This document shows, in pieces, positions 44,203 to 46,405 of a DNA stretch of 46,405 nucleotides. The notes beneath the pieces were generated by a model, which saw nothing but the letters and a program-made list of their open reading frames with translations, did no database searches and had not been told where the DNA came from. Origin of the DNA: Candidatus Bathyarchaeales archaeon (GTDB taxonomy: Archaea; Thermoproteota; Bathyarchaeia; Bathyarchaeales; Bathycorpusculaceae); the NCBI GenBank assembly GCA_049718365.1, contig JBNARN010000001.1, positions 1 through 46,405 of the forward strand, written 5' to 3'. Numbering within the stretch: the first letter of the stretch is position 1; every line of letters begins with the position of its first letter. The translations under genes and the position numbers were made by a program.

Positions 44203-45489
44203 TCACCAGAAATCCGCAAGATTCAACTGTTGAACTCTTCCACGACGCACTTTCTCTGCTGAAACCTCCGCCCCCAAAACAAGCTTCCCATAAACACCAT
44301 CATACCCAGGAGTAACGCTAACCGCGCCACTTCTAACTTGAAGAATAGCCTTTGCAATCGCCGCATCCGCAACCTCCGCCAAAGCCTCAGCAGACGCATC
44401 GATAAGCACAGTATACTCATCACCAAAGCGACTGATAAGCGCGTTATATATCTTCCAAACCGCCTGCGTCGACGGAGAATCCACATTCAACACAGTTGCA
44501 ATTATCTCCGAAAGCGGCAGCAACCGCATAAAACCCGGCACATTCTCAGGCTTAAAGCCAACAGGCCGATCGGCGAGCTCTTCAACACGCTGCTCCACAC
44601 CCTTAGTTAGTTTTCTGCGACAAACTGGGCAAATATTGCCCAGCTTCTGCGCTTCCTGCGGTGAAAGAGACACCTTACAGGCGCGGTGGCCAGTCCAATG
44701 ATACTTGCCATACGCGGGATCAGTTTCAATAGTGAACCTGAGCCGTGCTGGGTCTTTGCAGCGAATGGCATCAACCACTTCCCGGTAACTTGTCTCTTCA
44801 AGCTCAAAGACGTTTGCTTCCCTGCCCAGCCGCCAAGGCCAAAAACTGTGGCTGTCACTATTTGAAAGCAGCGTGAACTTGTCAAGCTTGCTTAGGCGCC
44901 AATTCATCGGCGGATCCGAGGAAAGCCCTGTTTCCAATGCATGTATGTGCTTTGTCATGTCTTGGTAACATTCTTCGACGCTGTTAAAGCCGCTGAACGC
45001 GCCGAAAATGCTAAACCACGGCGTCCACGCATGCGCCGGAAAAACCATGTTAGCGCTTGATGTTGCCATAACCTCCTCAACCAACTGCGCAGCCGTCATA
45101 TCCAGCAGCGGTCTGCCATCTGCGCTCAAGTCGCCGTAACGCCCGAGCACATCGTTTATCTGCACGGCGGTCTCCAAGCTCGGCGTCAAAATGACATGAT
45201 GCACCTTCTTGGCTTCTTCCTCCGCATTGAAGACTGTGCAGACCTCCGTTGTCAACATAAAATACACTTGCGGCGCCGCATCATCGGCGACTCTATAAAG
45301 GCCTATGCCTTCCTCTGGAACCAATGTTTCCCTTATTTCGCTGAGCCATTTAGGATGCGTGAAGTCACCTGTACCAACAAGATTCAGCCCCTTAATTTTT
45401 GCGAAGCGAGCAATCTCTTTGAGGCTCATCTGCTGGCTTGTTGCCCGGCTGTAGCGGCCGTGAATATGCAGATCCGCAATAACTTTCAC
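44203..45489 (-). CDS. endoQ: Endonuclease Q (PHP-domain endonuclease for deaminated/damaged bases)
   Basis: 428 aa. It has ADLHIHGRYSRATS...KGLNLVGTGDFTHPKW, VHHVIL, AHAWTPWFS and SNSDSHS, plus a zinc finger (CPVCRRKLTKGV) and a C-terminal PGYDGVYGK. This matches the EndoQ architecture known from Thermococcales. Confidence 0.8.
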   Translation of the reverse strand: MKVIADLHIHGRYSRATSQQMSLKEIARFAKIKGLNLVGTGDFTHPKWLSEIRETLVPEEGIGLYRVADDAAPQVYFMLTTEVCTVFNAEEEAKKVHHVILTPSLETAVQINDVLGRYGDLSADGRPLLDMTAAQLVEEVMATSSANMVFPAHAWTPWFSIFGAFSGFNSVEECYQDMTKHIHALETGLSSDPPMNWRLSKLDKFTLLSNSDSHSFWPWRLGREANVFELEETSYREVVDAIRCKDPARLRFTIETDPAYGKYHWTGHRACKVSLSPQEAQKLGNICPVCRRKLTKGVEQRVEELADRPVGFKPENVPGFMRLLPLSEIIATVLNVDSPSTQAVWKIYNALISRFGDEYTVLIDASAEALAEVADAAIAKAILQVRSGAVSVTPGYDGVYGKLVLGAEVSAEKVRRGRVQQLNLADFW

Positions 45490-45578
45490 TTATTTCGCCT
45501 ACTCTAAAGTGGCGCATGCTAATTTTAAATTTAATGTTAAAATTGCACCAAACACTAAAGGATGCGCTGTTTAGGCTT

Positions 45579-46136
45579 TTATGGCTTCTTCAGCTTCCGT
45601 GTCCATGCCACTAGCGCCTCGAGCAGTTCACATATTAGCCGTCTCGTCTTTTCATTAGCAAGATTGCCTTCTGCATCCACACTTTCACCGGCAAAGGGCA
45701 GCATAACCTCTGGACGATTAAGCGGATACATATCCAGCGCAAGCAATATCTGCCGCAGCTGATACTGGGCCCGCGCGCCGCCGAAGCTGCCAACCGACGC
45801 GCTCATGATGGCTACAGGTTTTCCAGCGAACGCGTTATCGCCGTATGGCCTGGAAGCCCAATCGATTGCGTTCTTTAAAACGCCCGGGACGGAATAGTTG
45901 TATTCCGGAGTTGCTATCAGCAGAGCATCCGCCGCCTTAATGGCTGCTTTAAACTTTTTCACGATCTCAGGCGGCTGGTCTTCAAAATCCTGATTGAAAT
46001 GCGGGATTCCTTCAAGATCAAAAACCTCTATCACCGCCTCCTTAGGCTTCAGCTCCATAGCCGCTCGCATCAAAGCCTTGTTATATGAGCCTTTACGTAA
46101 ACTGCCCACAATACCCAAAATCTTAATAGGCTTCAT
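45579..46136 (-). CDS. NAD(P)H-dependent FMN reductase family oxidoreductase
   Basis: 185-aa flavodoxin-like protein with ILGIVGSLRKGSYN and ATPEYNYSVPGVLKNAIDWASRP motifs. Confidence 0.8.
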   Translation of the reverse strand: MKPIKILGIVGSLRKGSYNKALMRAAMELKPKEAVIEVFDLEGIPHFNQDFEDQPPEIVKKFKAAIKAADALLIATPEYNYSVPGVLKNAIDWASRPYGDNAFAGKPVAIMSASVGSFGGARAQYQLRQILLALDMYPLNRPEVMLPFAGESVDAEGNLANEKTRRLICELLEALVAWTRKLKKP

Positions 46137-46197
46137 GCTCTGTGCATCCTGCTCTAAAAGCTGATAAGTTATTTAGATGCCGTGGTAAGATTTAATT

Positions 46198-46405
46198 TTA
46201 TTCTTGCTTTGCGGCGGCGCCTTCAGACGGTTGACGATTGGGCTTTTCCTCTACATATTTTGCGAATCGCTTTTCCCAATCTACTTTAAACATTATGACA
46301 AATACAATGATCAGCAGTGCTATCCCGATAGCTGTGCCTATCAGCAACGAGGCTCCTTCGCCTTCTAATCCGAAGATGATTTTAACAATTCCAAGAGATA
46401 AGCGG
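46198..46405 (-). CDS. C-terminal fragment of a membrane protein (5' part beyond the right window edge)
   Basis: The open minus-strand frame to the window edge encodes ...GASLLIGTAIGIALLIIVFVIMFKVDWEKRFAKYVEEKPNRQPSEGAAAKQE followed by a stop. It contains one clear TM helix. Identity is unknown. Confidence 0.4.
   Translation of the reverse strand, partial: RLSLGIVKIIFGLEGEGASLLIGTAIGIALLIIVFVIMFKVDWEKRFAKYVEEKPNRQPSEGAAAKQE

Noticed and set aside
1-46405. A window-wide scan for tRNA, rRNA, SRP RNA or RNase P RNA genes in the intergenic gaps.
   Set aside because: No cloverleaf-compatible GC-rich ~75-nt segments or T-loop GTTCRANYC motifs were seen outside coding regions. This is a by-eye negative and should be confirmed with tRNAscan or covariance models.

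Overview
Gene-dense archaeal chromosomal segment with about 50 protein genes. By eye I found no rRNA, tRNA, CRISPR array, transposase or integrase. Most of the content is core information processing and housekeeping. It includes a partial thermosome gene, endonuclease V, Taw1, a Trm5/Taw2-family methyltransferase, and RNA polymerase subunits P and F. It also carries the conserved SRP54-Pus10-eL21-RpoF-DUF655-KsgA-HemK-like gene string, aIF5A, NAD kinase, Nob1, Sec61beta, and both PolD subunits (DP2 and DP1). Further genes encode GGGP synthase, Elf1, NadE with a separate CN-hydrolase, Orc1/Cdc6, a PhoU-type regulator, a GH57/glycosyltransferase alpha-glucan cluster, TldD/PmbA, endonuclease Q and an FMN reductase. 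Elf1 together with PolD suggests a non-crenarchaeal TACK-type lineage (inference only). A predicted replication origin lies at 31.6-32.4 kb, directly upstream of orc1/cdc6. It has three ORB-like elements, an AT-rich stretch and an additional TTCACAA repeat family. The least ordinary part is 26.5-31.6 kb, which abuts the origin. There, two dense arrays of WATCACR dyads and palindromes bracket a small HTH-like gene. They are followed by a membrane-anchored coiled-coil winged-helix (wHTH) protein and a translationally coupled wHTH/NurA-like/HerA-like operon with no mre11/rad50 in the window. This is my best candidate for an uncharacterised DNA-targeting or origin-associated system, but the NurA/HerA pair could simply be the housekeeping end-resection machine. 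Other points are three genes missed by the ORF track (thermosome at the window edge, RpoP, Sec61beta), a wHTH gene apparently frameshifted at a homopolymer, an RNase H-fold nuclease gene coupled by an ATGA overlap to PolD DP1, and a half-glycosyltransferase paralog upstream of a full glycosyltransferase. All functional calls rest on motifs recognised by eye in the translations; no database search was run.
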